Of a stretch of DNA of 64,000 nt, positions 63,751 to 64,000 are shown one piece after another; positions within the stretch are counted from its first letter, which is position 1; every line of letters begins with the position of its first letter. Below the pieces are notes generated by a model that saw only the letters and a list, made by a program, of their open reading frames with translations, did not search any database and was not told where the DNA came from. Both the position numbers and the translations under genes were made by a program. This DNA is from Chiloscyllium plagiosum (Eukaryota): positions 73,270,533-73,334,532 of the forward strand of contig NC_057718.1 of assembly GCF_004010195.1 (NCBI RefSeq), written 5' to 3'.

Positions 63751-64000
63751 CAAAACAAATCAGTCAGCTCGATATGTGAAAAATGTTAACGTCCGTTATA
63801 AAAGAATGAATAGCTAAGCATTGGAAAACAGTGACAGGATTAGGCAGAGTCAGATAGATTTACAAAAGGGAAATCATGCTTTAAAAATCTACTGGAATTC
63901 TTTGGAAATAGAACTAGCAGAGTTGATGAGGGGGAGTCAATGCATGATTTCAACAAAGTCCCACGTAAGAGGTTAGTGTGTAAAATTAAAACGTGATTGA

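Overview
Vertebrate genomic DNA, most likely a shark or other elasmobranch, judging by HE1/V-SINE-type tRNA SINEs and HER1/CR1 LINEs. It has four N gaps. The only clear host gene is the serotonin receptor HTR1E (coding exon on the minus strand, 36553-37641), with a 5'-UTR intron acceptor at 37810 and upstream ORFs. The rest is mostly nested retroelements: many CR1 LINE pieces, about 10 SINEs, Penelope-like elements (several with minimal hammerhead ribozyme cores), a solo LTR, a pogo/Tigger-like MITE and a decayed env+PPT+LTR retroviral remnant. The most unusual structure is a ~12.7-kb cluster of a Tx1-clade non-LTR retrotransposon (39783-52405). It holds one near full-length copy, a second 5' half, and arrays of short copies of the element's own 3' end, most closed by an A-tail plus a fixed 14-nt linker (TGAACAGGAGTGCT). 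Both intact 5' ends are fused to the same point of the element's own 3'UTR, and the cluster lies between an LTR-like start and a Gypsy integrase remnant. This suggests a site-specific, array-building retrotransposon that may parasitise an LTR element. Repeat boundaries were read by eye and are approximate.
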